A stretch of DNA of 21,624 nucleotides from Rhizaria sp. SCN 62-66. Taxonomy: Eukaryota. Below are positions 20,919-21,624 of this stretch, piece by piece (within the stretch, counting starts at the first letter, position 1; the number at the start of each line of letters is the position of its first letter). Below the pieces are notes generated by a model, which was not told where the DNA came from, did not search any database, and worked only from the letters and a program-made list of their open reading frames with translations. Made by a program: the position numbers and the translations under genes. The DNA lies in NCBI GenBank assembly GCA_001724265.1, contig MEDY01000001.1, forward strand, positions 186,001-207,624. Direction: 5' to 3'.

Positions 20919-21204
20919 GAGCCTCGATGGGAGCTATACAGAAGGAAGAAGAAGTATAATTGAAATGACAAAGATATGTTATCAGATTAATATCATAAAT
21001 CGCATTGATGAAGCTCCTGACGGACATTGTGTAGTGATACGGTCATATTTCAAAGTGCTAAATGTAACGACTGTGTGAAGACTGGTTTGGAGTTTGTCGC
21101 GCGGTTCGCAAAAAGTCGGCGCTGGCGGTGGTTGCGCAAAGGGCTGACGAGGTGGGGCTGACTTTGAGCTGTTTGTTCTCGTCCGTAGAAACCACTCATT
21201 CAAA
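20919..21204. promoter_or_regulatory. Putative compact bidirectional promoter between the Par3/HAL-N-like gene and RPL27
   Basis: 286-bp spacer between divergent ATGs, with an acceptor-like site at each end. No specific promoter motif identified. Confidence 0.5.
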
Positions 21205-21624
21205 ATGGTGAAGATGTACGTCAATATACCTTTTTTACTGAACTCCTCAGTTGTTTAATTGCTTTGTGTGTGGCTGTCTTGCTTCTCAAATGGCTCCCCC
21301 GCCAGCTCGCCCCCGCCTGCCTCGCTGCTGTGCCTCACTTCCCTTCTGCCCGTCACTGTGTCGTCCCCATGTACCGTCTCCAGTCTCAAGCAGGGTAAGG
21401 TCGTTATTGTCCTCGCTGGCCGTTACGCTGGCAAGAAGGCCATCGTGGTTGCCGCCAAGGCTGCCACCAAGAAGCGCCCGTACGCTCACGCCCTCATTGC
21501 TGGCCTCATCCGCTCCCCCCGCGCTGTCTCCAAGACCATGAGCAAGACCACCATCATGCGCAAGTCCTCCATCAAGGTCTTCGTCAAGAACATCAACGCC
21601 GCGCACATCATGCCCACCCGCTAC
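21205..21624 (+). CDS. RPL27: 60S ribosomal protein eL27, 5' part (exons 21205-21215, 21384->21624), truncated by the window edge
   Basis: ATG GTG AAG AT|intron 21216-21383 (GTACGT…CTCCAG)|T CTC AAG gives MVKILKQGKVVIVLAGRYAGKKAIVV…RPYAHALIAGLIRSPRAVSKTMSK…KSSIKVFVKNINAAHIMPTRY, the KOW-containing eL27 signature. Confidence 0.96.

Noticed and set aside
1-21624. Functional gene cluster (lysosomal/endosomal: cathepsin C, AMSH, NT-C2)
   Set aside because: Neighbours include unrelated ribosomal and mitochondrial genes; adjacency is adequately explained by gene density.

Overview
Gene-dense eukaryotic (probably protist) nuclear DNA with GC-rich exons, AT/pyrimidine-rich spacers and GT-AG introns of 140-230 nt (donor usually GTACG, branch CTAAC). 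It holds ten well-supported genes: a 5-exon cathepsin C/DPAP, an AMSH/STAMBP JAMM deubiquitinase, an acyltransferase-3 protein, an orphan coiled-coil protein, an NT-C2 protein, KGD4/MRPS36, a type I membrane protein, a 2-exon two-TM orphan, a Par3/HAL-N-like protein and the 5' part of RPL27 (eL27). A frameshifted gene fragment lies at the left edge. Two signals stand out. (1) Two otherwise intact genes carry an in-frame TAG, while all nine complete genes end in TAA or TGA, which suggests UAG is reassigned to a sense codon with UAA still a stop. (2) All ten genes have a 3'-splice-site-like acceptor 0-29 nt upstream of the ATG with no convincing donor, which suggests spliced-leader trans-splicing. 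Genes from 4479 onward alternate strictly in strand. Both main signals are inferences from a small sample.
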